Part shown: piece after piece, positions 10,952 to 24,411 of the stretch
How the letters are laid out: each line of letters starts with the position of its first letter
Position numbering within the stretch: position 1 is the first letter of the stretch
Source: Patellaria atrata CBS 101060
Taxonomy: Eukaryota
NCBI GenBank assembly: GCA_010093705.1
Contig: MU006094.1
Coordinates: 595,550 to 659,549, forward strand
DNA length: 64,000 nt
Reading direction: 5' to 3'
The notes under the pieces: generated by a model
What the model was told of the DNA's origin: nothing
Seen by the model: the letters and a program-made list of their open reading frames with translations, nothing else
Database searches by the model: none
Program-made: the position numbers and the translations under genes

Positions 10952-12875
10952 ATGGACGGGACACCTGATATCACGCAAATCCTCAAAGCTTTAGGTACGC
11001 AACTCAAAATGATGTTCTCTTAAACGCTATATTAATAGCTACTGCAGCTTCACAAAAAACTCCAGCTTCTAATCAGAGTACTCCAGCTCCTCAACCGCAA
11101 TCCCAACTACCTCCACCTGCCGTTCCTCAGAATTATCCTGGCGCATATCCCACGGCAACACCCCCAACGGGGTTACAGTCGGGCTTTACACTTCCCCAAC
11201 CAACTAATACTGGAAGTGTGGATCTGAGCTCCATAAAGCCAGTGAGCACAGGCTCTGTCAGTATCTCGGATGCAATCGCCAAAGCACGAGGCTTTGCAGC
11301 AGAGAAAGGCGTGGCTTATGATGGACGTGTAAGCACAGGTAAATTCTATTCTGCTAAATATTCACATGTGCATGAGCTAAAATTCCCTAGGCCCGCGCGA
11401 AGATCCTAGATTAGCAGGCCGTTCATCCTATCGGCCAAGATCCCGTTCTCGATCGCGGTCACCGCCTAGGCGCGACTATCGCGACAATTATAACCCATAT
11501 CGAGATGAGCGTCGTGACGATTCTAGGCGCGGTGCTTCTTACGTTAGAGATCGTTCCCGATCCCCAGCGCCTCGTGGAAGAGACACATTCTCGCCCGCAC
11601 GTAATTACGGTGGTAGGAGTCCTCCTAGTAGAGGAGCCGATGAAAATTCTGAGACGATCTTTATCGAATCCACACTTGTAGGCTTGGTCATTGGTCGGCA
11701 GGGTGAGAATCTGCGAAGGATTGAGCAGGACACAGGGACTAGAATTCAGTTCGTTACTGGACCGGAATCTGGAGGCGCTCAACGTTCTTGCAAAATTTCC
11801 GGTAATCTTCGCGCACGCGCGGATGCAAAGCGAGAGATCTACCGTATCATCGATGAGAATGGGGGCAATATTCCAAAAGATGGCGGAATAAGTACCCGCG
11901 GAAATCGGATTGCTACTCCTGTTGCTCAAACCAAGCCAGGCCATCAACCTGCTCTCCGTGAAGGTGAGAATAGCATCCAGATTATGGTTCCTGACAAAAC
12001 CGTCGGCCTTATCATTGGCCGTGGTGGCGAAACTATCCGAGATCTACAGGATAAAAGCGGATGTCATATAAACATCGTTGGCGAAAATAAGAGTATAAAT
12101 GGTCTAAGACCAGTTAACCTCATCGGGAGCGTTGCTGCTGCAAACAGGGCGCAACAACTAATTCAAGAAGTTGTGGAAAGTGACACCAAGAACACCGCGG
12201 CTGCAAATGCGAATGCAACTGGGCGAGAACCCACCGCATATGGTGTGGACGATGGAAAAATTAACGAAACCATCCAGGTCCCTTCAGAAGCTGTCGGAAT
12301 GATCATCGGCAAAGGTTTGTCTAATGTTATGTCCGTGTTTCTTGAAACTTGATTCTGATTATTTAATAGGTGGAGAGACCATCAAAGACATGCAAAACCA
12401 AACAGGTTGCAAGATCAATGTCTCACAACCGTCTGGAGCTGACCACGAACGGGAGATCGGCTTAGTAGGTACGCGTAACGCTATTGAAGCAGCGAAGCGT
12501 GCCATCTGGGAGAAGGTAGATACCGTGGTTAGTAGTTCGGAATTGCTATTTTGGGGCACCTGCTAATCAATCTAGATCCAACGAGAGAAGAACGGAGGTC
12601 AAGGAGGTCGTAGAGGCGGTGGAGGAAGATTAAACTTTGATGACGACCAATATGGTGACCGATACTCACAACAACAGCAACCGTATGGTCAATATACTAG
12701 CCAAGCGGGTGCACCGCAAACTCAACAAGCGGTACCCGCTGGTGGTGATCCAGCTACTCTTGCGGATCCTTACGCAGCATATGGTGGCTACGCCAATTAT
12801 TACGCTATGTGGCATGCCTGGAATTCACAACAGGGCCAGGGCCAAGGTGAGCAGCAGAGACCACCTGGCGCCTAG
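10952..12875 (+). CDS. Three-KH-domain RNA/ssDNA-binding protein (FUBP-like) with RS-rich segment
   Basis: KH GxxG loops IGRQGE, IIGRGGETI and IIGKG|GETI; RSRSRSRSPP; C-terminal DPYAAYGGYANYYAMW; four introns; stop TAG at 12873-12875. Confidence 0.9.
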
Positions 12876-14312
12876 ATCGACCAGTGTGACATATTTCCGC
12901 CGTGACCGATGACTGCATTGCTCCTGGCCTAAATCTTACCGCATGACGACTGCACTTTTTCTGTTAAGCAGGACCCTCTGGATTCCCCCTGATACCCCTG
13001 GACGTTGTGCATTTGGAAATCGAACAATTCGCTCATCTTTCTTTGATGACGCTTTGATGCAGTATTTCGTATGGTATCTTTCGTGATCTCTGTCTCCTAG
13101 GATTTCATACTTGACTCCTCTGGTGCCTCGATTCACTTTATATTTTCGCGCTACTCCTCGTGCGGTAGGGCTCACCTGCGTGCTTCATGCGTGACAGTGA
13201 TTTGATCATCACGAACATTGATCAAAATCCTGCAACTTGATCTACTAGCCTAGGAGTGACTTCAAAGCTTTGAAAATGTATCAAGCTCGGGATCGTCATT
13301 GTTACTCATATCATCTTGCGTCCATCAAATCAAGCAGCCTAGTTCAAAATCCTTCTATTCGGCTGTATTTACAATCTACTGCAGCTCATCGCGCGCTCTT
13401 GGTATCGTAGTCGTAACATTCAAAGCTCTCCGGGACGAACACCAGGCGACATCGGGATGGATCTGGGCTTTTGGGTATACGCGCTAAGAGCTTTGGATGA
13501 TCTCTTGCTTTGACCTTAGAGTGGTCTTTGGCTAGGTTGTCTTCCTTTGACCGTTTTACGATTTTCAGAGGATGATACATGGGCCTTGATTCTCTAGCAA
13601 AAGTAGATGATTTCACTTTCCTCGGTCTCCATGTATATCTGCTTCCCCTTTCTATATTACCTCCTTTTCTTTTTAACCTCATCCCTTTTCCTTTCGATTC
13701 TTTACCCCTTCTCTTTATACTTCATCATTCTTCCTTTATGTCTTTTTTCCGGTTGGCTTATCTGGTTGGGAAAAAAACCATCTCTGGCCTGTGGATCCGT
13801 TCTCGAAATTTTCTATGGGATATGATGCATGCTGGGTAATTTCTCTTGGTGGCTTTCTTCATGACAGGCGTTATTGAGCGTTGGAATATTGATTGCGCTG
13901 TCATGCTCTGTAGTAGTTAGGAAAATGCAACTCGACCTCTCAATGAAAACATACTGTGCCAATAAGTGTATGACAGCTGCAATAGTCGTTCATAAAGTAC
14001 TAACAATCCAACTTACTTGTCAATGTAGCGTTATGCGCTGCAACTCAGGCCCGACCCTCCAGTTATTGCATCTGTGGGAAATGAAAAGGGGTACTGTAAT
14101 TACAACATCTCAACGATGATATACCGCATCTACTACCTTCAGGACAGTTGGAAGATGCCAGTTTTCCCACTAGACGAGTGATCGATTCAAAACATGTCGC
14201 GGGTAGGTAATTCAAGACGTAATCAAGGATCGCATTCATCAACTATAAACTCCTTTTGACACACTTCTAAGCGCCTCCCACCGTCCAATCTGGACGCCAT
14301 CCCTCACTCCCC

Positions 14313-17300
14313 CTATCTCCTCCCCACCTTACCCCTCGGACTCTTCACCACCCGTCCCCCCCTCGTCTTATCCATCCCCAACCCCCTTCTCTGACTCATA
14401 CTCCCGCCCTTACCTCCCCTCGCCTTCCCCCTCGCTCCACCCTGCGCTTTCACCTTTACCGCCTCATCGCCCTCATCATCCACATCCATGTCCTCCGCTC
14501 CTCCACCAGCCCGCCCCGCCCCCTTAAATTTCAACCGTCCCCTCTGCCCCCTGACCGCGGCATCGCGACCCCTAATCGCCTCCACGTACGCATTAACACC
14601 GCCCTCCAACGTGCCATCCCCAGGCTCGCCGCCGGCATCCATCTCCTCGTCCGACTCACCTTCGCGAAACACCAGTTTACCATCCAGATCCGTCTTCGCC
14701 TTCGTCCTCTTTCCATTCGGCGGGGGTATTCTAGTCTTGAGCGGTTTAGTCGTGGAGATGTGGCCCAAAGCGCGCGAGGAGAGGAGATCAAGCGGCTCGT
14801 CCTCGTCCTCCGTGATGAACGTGTTATTTCTCCTCTCTGCTTGGGGGGGCGCGGATTTCTTCGCCCCATTGTTACGGGGAGGCTCGGCCTCGGACTCAGA
14901 GCCGGTGTCGCTGTCGTCGGTATCGGAGCCGTAGACCGCCTCGTCGAACTCGGACTCAAATTTGCCCTTACGCTCTTTCTGCGGCGCGGTGTCGTCCTCG
15001 TCCTCGCCGTCGGCCGCAGCGTCCTTCTTGCGCTTCCTGCGTTCACGGGTTTTGCGGATGTTGGTGATGAGCTTTTTATCCTGCTCCGGAGTCCACTTCT
15101 CGACCTCCTCGACGCCAAAGCGGCGGATCATGCGCTCCAGTATATGTTTCACCTTAGCGCGGAAATGTGCTTTATGCTCCTTGCTCCAGCTCATCAGGTT
15201 CGGGATCAGAGTCTGCAAGCGAGGCTTAATCAGCATCTCTGGGAGAGAGATGACAGACACCTTGACGAAGCCTAAGACGCTCCTTACGATCTCCCGGTTC
15301 GGCGACGTGAGGAAGAGATCCATCGTCTGTACTAACTCCACGATCGTCTCCTCTTTAAGCTCTTGGCGGAACTCGTATAGGATTCGCGTTAACGCCGTGA
15401 TGCTCGCGCTGACCATGTGCGGGCTCGTTCCCGCCAACCCGGCACTCACCATCGTGAGGTACTCTGCCAGGCTCGCCTCCGCGTTCGCCGCATCGGCCGG
15501 CATGCCTGCGATCTTGGAGTGAACGACTAACCCTCCTTCAGCCATTTTTTTGCCCATTGCAACCAGGAGATCGAAGGCTGCGGCTCGGGCTTTTTCGTTG
15601 ACTTCTTTGCAAGCGAACACGACTTCGGATAATACTGAGGGGATGAAATGGAGATCTGACTTCGGGACGGTGGAGACGACTTCGAGGATTGCTGCGAGGC
15701 GGTCTCTGCGGGACGGGGCGGCCACCTTTTTCGCACTCTCTAGAAGTAGGATCTGTAGTTCTGCACTGCGTTGTACAAGAGCTACCTTACCGGTTTCGGA
15801 TTCCGCTAGGCGCGGGATTAGTTTGTATGCCTTTTTCTGAAGCTGAGGATCATCATCTTTGTTTATTATCAGGGAAGCGATTTGGAAGAGTGTTGTGTAG
15901 CTCGCGCGAGGAAGGTATATGGACATCGTGATGACTAGATCCATGAGTGTATGGGAGACTGGTGGCATCTTGGTCGCCGGTTTGGAGTCTTTCTGCTTCG
16001 CAGCTTGAGTTTGGGGACCAGCTTCTGGTAGAGACTGTGAGAGCATCGAAATCACCCTTTCGAACGTCTCGATGAGCTCCTTCTCTGGGATTATACTAAG
16101 ATAAGCATTAACACACTGGAGGATAGTCCCTCGATACTGAGGCAACGTTTCACTGTAAACATTGAAAAGTACGGCTAATATATTTCCTGCGAATGCAGCA
16201 AGATGGTCAAGATTCTTCTGTGCCTCTGCTTCGGAAATTCTGGACCGGATAAGTAAGTTCTCCTCTCCCTCGATGGCGAGAATTGCTTTATTGGAATCAA
16301 CAAGATTCCGCAATGCCCTGCACAGATCCGTCCGCAGCTCAGGTTGCTGGTATAGGAGATTTGATAACAACTCAGCGAATCGCTGGTCGAAAGCTTCCAC
16401 AAGATCCAAGGGAAGATCGCAATAGCCTGGAAGAATTGCCCAAGCTTGATGTACCAGTGTTTCAAATATTTTGATACTCATGGTCTTCTCTACATCTCCG
16501 TGATCGAGTACCTTCTGATGCATCGCCTCGGAGAACGGAATAAGTTCATCCTTGAAATGCTGAAGACGGGTGTTGCTCACTGCGTCCCTCATAATTGGAA
16601 GAAGCCATACTCTGCCTGGTACCCCAGGAATAGGGTCAATAATGTTTAGTGGGAGGACTTTGAGCACGCTGTCTGCACCCATGTTTTGGATCGCTTTGGA
16701 GAGCACATAATCGGCCTCCTTCTTGCCTGCAAATGACTCGTTGGCTCGAAGGTCACCTACAGTTTTAACAACGTCTGATAACAGCGGTGAAGAGCGCCAT
16801 CTTAACGCGTCAAAAAGTCCTGCTAAAACGTTGAAAACCTCCATCCAGGCAGCTTGGTACTTAACACTTAGTAAATCCGTAGCGGCCTTTGTCAATTTCT
16901 CCAGAATCTTTTCATCGTAAACGGAAGGGTCAAGAATTACAGAATCGGGTATACAATTGGCGCAAAAAGAGATCAGACATTCCGATGCGGATATGCGTAT
17001 ATTATGAGAAGGAGAACTGAGATAACTAGAAACCATAGAGAATAGTTGGGGAAGCTTGAGAAATATCTCATCCGGCTCAATTTGGGATGCAACATCATAC
17101 CCTCTTGATAGAACAGCGATCCAAGGTGGTAATAGTTGGGAATCCGTCTGAGCAGGTTTCAACATTTCTATAACTTCCAACATCCTGGGTAGCTTTGAGT
17201 GTGACACCTCGTCCGCGGCAATTCCTTCGAAGATTACTTCGAAGACCTCGAATGCGGTCATGGTGAGGTACTCGTTACTGGACCTTGAAATATTCAGCAG

Positions 17301-18090
17301 TAGCTCACATAGCGAATCGATCTTTTTGCTCGGCCATCCTCCAGATGCGGATGCGATGGTTTTGATAAGTTGGAGAGCATGTATCAATCCAGGATCATTC
17401 TGATGTGTATCACGCCCATGTTTCCTACTCTTGCTCGCCACCTCCGCAATATCACTCAGAGACCTTAATGCGGACTCCGCGCACATGTCCGCAGCGGGGT
17501 GATCCAAGGAAGGGCTAGGCGGAGGAGTCTTCAAAATTTTCGTCAGAGCTTCCTGCGCCCGTTTCCTAACCTTTGGTCTATGGTCTACAGCAATCGCGAG
17601 CAAACCTGCCACCGCTCTCCGCGGGCTGATTTGCGTCTGGGGCAATGTCCAGCTTTGTGCATCTTGGATAGCTAAGAGTGATTCTAGACAACCTATCGAT
17701 GATCTTAGGAGAGGCGCATCCGCATCGGAATGTGTCAGCGCGGGTGCAAGACTCGCGAGTATCTGGGAGAATTTGGAGCGAAGGAGGGGTGCAGGAACAT
17801 GTGGGGTTACGAGGTCTAAGAGATAAACTACGGCGGAAAGAACATCTTTGTTCACTATGCCTTTCTCTGATGATATGTACTGGCCTAGTAGTGAGAGGAG
17901 AGCGGCGAAATATGCGGTGGGCGTAGGTTCAGATTTCTGGTCGCGAAGAGTATCTTCCACCGCATTGAGTACCACTGCGGTCTAATATTATTAGCCAAAT
18001 TAAAATGTTCTCGGGCTAGTTATGTACCTGTTGCTGGTTCTGCTGCTTTGGGGACGACCGTATCTTGTCCAGTCTCTCAGCCAGAGACAT
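14313..18090 (-). CDS. RRP12: Ribosome biogenesis HEAT/NUC173 protein Rrp12
   Basis: MSLAERLDKIR...|TAVVLNAVEDTL (46-nt intron 17982-18027), DHRPKVRKRA, LQKKAYK and NREIVRSVLGFVKV; acidic/basic low-complexity C-terminus. Confidence 0.93.
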
Positions 18091-20403
18091 ATTTGCTGTC
18101 ATAAGAATCGAAGACTTGCAGTTCGTCTTGTCGATTTTCTTTCCCGCAGGGCCGCAAAAATTTGGGGAGGCCGGGAAAAACTGCCAATTCGGCAAAACTT
18201 ACGATTCGACACAAAAGTCCTTTCTCACCGCATTGGTTCAAATAGAATATGCTCTATGAAATTACAACATTATACTTGCACTCATCAGTCGTACCTTTGG
18301 TGATTTTGATCTTCGTAGACTACGGTCTATTGTTCCATCTTGGAGTGATTGTGGGTATTGAAACACACCACAAAGTATCAGTCCGAGTCTTCAAGCCTTA
18401 TTCGCTCACTGTACTCGACAGTACATACGGTAGTTTCCGATCCAGAGTCCAACCTAGCTGTATAGATAAATGAAAGGTAGAAAACGAGTCATATTTGATA
18501 CTATACAATTATGTGTAAAACAATTCTACAGGGTTTCATAAATGTAGATCTACCCAGATGAGAAGGGTTATATGAGGTATCGGAATCCACCTCCACAATC
18601 TGTCTCTGTTCCTCCCCCAATCTCTATTATGTACAAAAGAAAAAGAAAGTTGTACACTACCTAGGCTGATGCAGAGGGCTTCAAGAATTGATTAAACGGA
18701 AGAGACTCGATAGCGAGGTATATTCGAAGATTTGGACCTATGCATGGATAACCATTATTGACGGCTTATCTAGTCGTTTGAAACCAGACATGGTGAGTAC
18801 ATATACCTTGACCTTGGGGAATCTGTGATCTCCGGTGCCGATGCCGAGAATGAAGATGTCCCGCGTCTTGCTAAGACGTATGATAGAGATAGAATTCCCT
18901 CAGAGGTTTTGGTGGTTCTACAGTTACACAGTTTAACGATGAAGGCCAGCCCAAAAACATAAACGAAGCTTGGAGATTTTGTGGTTGGTTGCCTAGACCT
19001 GGTGATAGTGTAGATCATCCGTCTTCATCGTAGCCAGACATGTCTGGACATGCATGCGAGTATTTCTTAATGCAACCGGGGAGACCGGGAAAAGGCAACA
19101 GCAAGTCGGAATAGGGTAATCACTTCGCTTAGTTTCGATGAATGTACGGGTTAAAGTTTTGTTTGCCCTAGGAAGCTTTCCGTTGAAAGCGTGGTATTGA
19201 TCGCCGTGATACACACTTGGCGACGTAGTGGCTTGTTTGTGAGACATACTTAGGGTTGATGTACTGTAAGACATGCTTCGGGACGCTAGGGGAATTCGCA
19301 TTGTGCAATCTAGAGAGCTAACACTGAGAACAGGACGCTCCAAGAACCAAGACAAGGAATATCTTACAGAGAAGGAAATTGATTGTGGATGTGGAATGCA
19401 CGTTCCGCTGAAACGTGACTCTGGAGCAGCTCGTGCGATAAGCCGTCATATATACTGTAGATAATCAACATGTTCCACGGGTAAATGTTTCTCTATGGTG
19501 CTGCAGACGTTAGACGTACCAAGTGTCTGGTTATGCCGTAATGTTCAGAAGCATCCTGTCCAAATAGCTTGCTGCTACTGACAAAACCTTTGGACATGCG
19601 CTACAAGGGCTCTTGAGAGAAACAAAGCAAATTCACCGGAAAAACCTCAGGAAAAGAGCTATTTCTTCTCCTATATCGCCATTTATCGCGTGCTAGCAGA
19701 TCGGCGACCGATTTCTCGGACTTAAATCGTAAAATTACTGTAGCAGTCCTCTCATTGAGACCCAGATAGAGTACAAGAGCTTGTGTTTTTACTTATCAGT
19801 GACAATGACCGCGCGTAGCTCACTGAATAATGGAGCAACCCATTTCGAGGCCTACGCTGGTTTATTGGGTTTGATTCGTAAAGGTAAAGAGATATTGCTA
19901 GCCAACAGGTACAGACAAGCGGCACCTGCAGCAAGGATGTACTCTTGTTTTGCAAGCAACTAGATGAGTTTCGGTTGATATACTGCAGTGCCATGGGGTG
20001 TCGTGCATACGGAAAAGACTCTCATCACAGTACGCTTTCCGTTTACTGGTTGAGGGGTTCGCGGAGCCTCATCGAAGGGAGGGGATCGAGGACCTATTTA
20101 GTTACGACGAGAGAATGGGAGCAACGATAACGAAGTCCGCTCTCTGTCCCTCGTGTTTTTCTAGTCCTTCTCTTTCGCGGGGATGACTTGCCCCAGCAAC
20201 GACGCGTCTGACAAACTCTCTTCCGTGTCTCCCACCTAAACTTTTAACTTGAGATAATAGCAGAAAAAAGTACGCAACCGTTGATGATACTAAGAAAAGA
20301 CTGAAAGGACCGAAAGAGAGATAATATAGCGATCAGCTTATTCGCCTATTACACAAGGCAGAGAGCTGCAGGCAGGCGCAGAAGCTGACCCATCATCGCC
20401 GCC

Positions 20404-21207
20404 ATGGACGACCAATCGTTCCGGGCAGTATTGCAGCAAGGCGTTCAACCTGTCATCCATGAATTTCTTGAGAGTACCGAAGAGAGTCGAATACAAAGAT
20501 TGATGGCAAGCACGTCAATGATGCCAGCTCCTTCGCCAGCCGTAGGAAACTATCGCCATCAGTACGGGCAGCAGTCGACCTCTTCCGTGGGAGCTGGCGG
20601 AGTTTCTTGGCGGACAGCCTCAAACATCCCGTCAGCTACCTCGTTGAGTACACCATCTTTAAGCAACGCCTCAACCATAACCTACACCTCCTCTAATCAT
20701 ACCAGTCCTCCGAGCGTAAAGTATGCCAGTCAGTTGCTCGAAGATCATGATGGCGTTTTGGAGCAAAACTTTACTGGCGGTCCACATGTCTTCCAATGCC
20801 TCTTCCCGTTCCTTCGTTGCCACAAAATGTTTTCCGACTTTACACAATGGGATACACATAACATGAGTCATTTCAAAGGACGGAAACCTCCTCGAAATAT
20901 CTCATGCCCATACTGTGACCACTTTCGACCAATGCATGGCACCGAGGAAGAAATATGGAACGATCGGACTTCACATATATTGGGTCACATCCAGCATGGA
21001 CATCCACTCCATACAAAACCGGATTATAATCTCTTTGAACATCTATGGAGGGTTAAAGCCATTAGTGATATCGAGCTTCAGGAGCTGAGACAGAACCACG
21101 TTCTTTCCAAACCACAAGAAGAGCGGCGAGATAATGGATATATAAGGCATCAAGGGCAGACAGTCGACGGGAGGCGTGAAAGAAGACAACATCGGAGAGG
21201 GTCTTAG
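20404..21207 (+). CDS. Fungal hypothetical protein with C2H2-like zinc-finger motifs
   Basis: 267-aa intronless ORF with GCCGCCATGG start context; CLFPFLRC...H...HF and CPYC...H...H motifs. Confidence 0.75.
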   Translation: MDDQSFRAVLQQGVQPVIHEFLESTEESRIQRLMASTSMMPAPSPAVGNYRHQYGQQSTSSVGAGGVSWRTASNIPSATSLSTPSLSNASTITYTSSNHTSPPSVKYASQLLEDHDGVLEQNFTGGPHVFQCLFPFLRCHKMFSDFTQWDTHNMSHFKGRKPPRNISCPYCDHFRPMHGTEEEIWNDRTSHILGHIQHGHPLHTKPDYNLFEHLWRVKAISDIELQELRQNHVLSKPQEERRDNGYIRHQGQTVDGRRERRQHRRGS

Positions 21208-22246
21208 GGTCGTTCTAAAGATAAATAGCTGAAAAGAAAGGTTCCGCTTGAGTCTGTTGTTGCGTGCAAGCCTTGGTTTTGTTGGAAGCTCAACTCCTAT
21301 GGCAATTAGTCACTCACTTTGGTTTTTACTGATATGGAGGAATTACGATGGCATTTTAGAAGGTTATTTCCTGAAGACTGATCTTTTAGCAAGATCACAG
21401 CGGTCAAATTGTGTCGGAGGGATGGGTAAGAAAGTTCTAAGGGAATGGAAGCATGTGCCAAGCAATGAATCTAACAAAAAGTCCATTCAACCTTCTATAT
21501 TTTTGCTTCTAAGCATCACAGTAAATGTTTTTTTTCCCATCGCCGGCTATGCAGCCATACATAAACAAATCTCATCGCGCCCCTTTCGTGGTGACACGAG
21601 AAAGTCGGTAGGATGACCATTCAGAGCCTTGATAGCCTCGCGCTCAGCCTCGCCCTCGCCTCCAGCAGGCATCCAACTGCTAACCACCCAAAATTCTGTC
21701 AACCACTCGCTTTATGCCTCATCTTAGAAACCTCCAAATGTCAAGCGAATGGTCTGCTGATGTGCAGGTTTCGCTTTGCTCGCTTCTCACCGGCATTACC
21801 GAAAGAGGAAGTCGTGTGAGTATCAACAGCTGGTTCTACTCACCGTCTTTGCTGCCTTGCGCTTCTATCTATTCCTTACAAACCTTTTCCGTATCAAACG
21901 GAAAATTCAATTGTGGATGTCTTCACTGCTTTATACAGATACTTCCCTTTCCTTTCAGCTAATCACCGGTCAACTGAATATTTGGCGTACAGCGAAAAGG
22001 ATATCTCCACATTAAGCCCGTAGGAATATTTCACTAGTCATCGTAGCTAAACTGAATATCCTTTTGAACATGAGGCACAGCAAGGCTAAGAATGTCCTCA
22101 CAAGTGAAGTGATACTACACACAGGGTTGAATTTGTTCTTTCAAACCATATTACTCCCAATTATGTCTATGGAAACTTTCTAGGGCTACTTCAGAAAATG
22201 CTTAATATATCCTTCGCTAATACCAACTCTTCAGTATGATGAACAT

Positions 22247-23362
22247 CTATAACTTGCTTTCCGAGGACTCCAAGAACTCCTTACTAAATGCGTAATCAAT
22301 ATATCCCTCAGGTGACTTCGCGTTGTAGAAAGTATCGCGATTATACTTTCTAAGCGGAATGTTATTTCGAACCTTAAAGGGCAAATCTGGATTAGAGATG
22401 AAATACCGCCCAAACACAATCGCGATGGCCTTATCTGGATAGGTGTTATCGAGTGCTCTCTTAGCAGAATCCGGTTTATATCCACCAGCAAGGAATATAG
22501 GCGATTGATTATTCCAAATGTCAATAATGAAATCAACCTTATCCATGCTCTCAACATCCGCGTTTCCAGATACACGAGACTCCACAATGTGAAGGTAAGC
22601 AAGTTCCAGGTCCTTAAGGCCCTTGACGAGATGGCTGAACTGAGGAACCGGATCCTTCATCTTCATTCCTTGAAAGGTGCTGAAGGGACTAAGTCGAATT
22701 CCAGTTCTCTCGGCTCCCACGGCTCTGGTCACAGCTTTCGTAACTTCTAACGCAAATCGAGAGCGGTCCTCAACACTTCCTCCCCACTTGTCGGTTCGCT
22801 TGTTCGATACATCCTGAATGAACTGATCGACCAAGTAACCGTTCGCACCGTGAATCTCAACGCCGTCGAATCCCGCAATTTCTACTGCGTTCCTCGCTGC
22901 TTGGGCGTAGTCTTTGATAAACTGTTGGATTTCATCCTCAGTCAACGGTCGAGGAACAGGGGAGTTTTCATCCATAGGGAGGTCACTGGCGCTAACGAGT
23001 TCGTATCCGTCCTGGTTCAGTACTTTGGGGTTCGCTGCTCTTCCCAAGGCCCAGAGCTGCGCGTATATGTATGAACCCTTCGCGTGCACGGCATCTGTTA
23101 CTGCTTTCCAAGATTCAAGCTGCGCCGGATCATAGAGTCCGGGAACGTTGGGGAAGCCGCCCGCCCTGGGGCTGATGAAAGTCGCTTCGGTAATTAAGAG
23201 CGTACCAGGAGTGGATGCTCGCTGTGCGTAGTACTCTTTGACCATTGGCAGGGGTACGTGAGCATCATCCGCACGGAAGCGGGTTAAAGGTGCCATTACT
23301 ATGCGGTGTTGGAGAGAAGAGGTCCCAACTTTCAGGGGAGAGAAGAGCTTGGATGTAGACAT
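22247..23362 (-). CDS. Old yellow enzyme / NADH:flavin oxidoreductase
   Basis: MAPLTRFRA, EYYAQRAS, QLWALGR, FDGVEIHGANGYLVDQF (H/N/Y active site) and FGRYFISNPDL; intronless, 371 aa. Confidence 0.95.
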   Translation of the reverse strand: MSTSKLFSPLKVGTSSLQHRIVMAPLTRFRADDAHVPLPMVKEYYAQRASTPGTLLITEATFISPRAGGFPNVPGLYDPAQLESWKAVTDAVHAKGSYIYAQLWALGRAANPKVLNQDGYELVSASDLPMDENSPVPRPLTEDEIQQFIKDYAQAARNAVEIAGFDGVEIHGANGYLVDQFIQDVSNKRTDKWGGSVEDRSRFALEVTKAVTRAVGAERTGIRLSPFSTFQGMKMKDPVPQFSHLVKGLKDLELAYLHIVESRVSGNADVESMDKVDFIIDIWNNQSPIFLAGGYKPDSAKRALDNTYPDKAIAIVFGRYFISNPDLPFKVRNNIPLRKYNRDTFYNAKSPEGYIDYAFSKEFLESSESKL

Positions 23363-23520
23363 TGTGTGGTATGGAAACGGGACGCACAGTTCTATGAGGG
23401 GTATCTTTTATGGAAATACTAGAGAGATGTGAAATTTCAAGTAGGTGAGAGACAGATGATTGTATGGAGAATGTTGTCCGTATTGCTTGTTTATCATCAA
23501 GTTCAATGGGAACAACAGGC

Positions 23521-23628
23521 TATATTTATAGTAGGGAACGCGTGAAAGGGTCACTTTGCTTGTTAATAGCATATCTCCGGCTATCATTTCTATCAACATC
23601 CCGCGGGGTCTATTCTACTGTTTACTAA
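23521..23628 (-). promoter_or_regulatory. TATA box and Yap1/AP-1-type element upstream of the OYE
   Basis: TATAAATATA (minus) at 23521-23530; TTACTAA (plus strand) at 23622-23628. Confidence 0.45.
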
Positions 23629-24411
23629 ACGGTCGAATGGAGAGCGGAGATTATTGTTAGTTCACAAAACTTCGCAATTGCTAATCTAAGCATGCCGTCA
23701 TCAGAAGAAATTTGTCCACCAGGTCTCAATAGGAATAGCCTCGGTGATAATTCAAAGCTACGCAGACGACTGCAAACCTTCTCCGAACAACCTCAACTTC
23801 TTTCGTAACCTTACTACCATTGTCACAGTCTTCCTAACTTGCTTCATGGCAAGCTGACATGCCCTACAGTGGACAAGCTTTGATGACATCCTATCCTCAA
23901 CTCAGCACCATACTAGTTCCACCAACTCCAGCACCTCCGACGGTAACATCACGATATTCAACCTTGTGTTATTGGCCGTAGTGCTTATTTTGAAGAAGCA
24001 ACATGACGATAAGCTTAAACGAAACAAGACTGAAGAACTGAAAGCACTGCAAGGACAAGTAATGTAACAGATTCATAAGCATAGTAAAACATGCATCTAT
24101 CGATCTTCCCATCAAAGCTGTCAATTTCAGGGCATGAGGTCTTTTTTTTCCCTAGTCCTTTGCATCTAATGTACTTTTTGAGATATCATTCTTGTGTACC
24201 TGTACAATGCCGATGCCTGTACCTTGATCTTTCTGCAGCCAATTCCACTCTCAGCCTTTCACACAGTTACACGACACGAGCACTTGTCCACCCCGCACTG
24301 AAGCTCCAGGCAGCATCAAAACCCATAATCAAACTCTATCTCTATCTCCATCTCAATTGACGAACAATACGTTCTCTCTGTGGTGAAGCTCCATCAACAC
24401 TACCGCTAACA

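Noticed and set aside
13386..13862. Small basic ORF on the minus strand
   Set aside because: No recognisable motif or consistent splice model; probably the antisense of pyrimidine-rich non-coding sequence.
14488..17926. Many overlapping ORFs within RRP12, and similar ones within AMA1, SNF2, HMG and SDE2
   Set aside because: These are antisense or alternate-frame shadows of real genes.
18300..20200. Short ORFs between RRP12 and the C2H2-like gene
   Set aside because: No coherent exon chain or family motif found.
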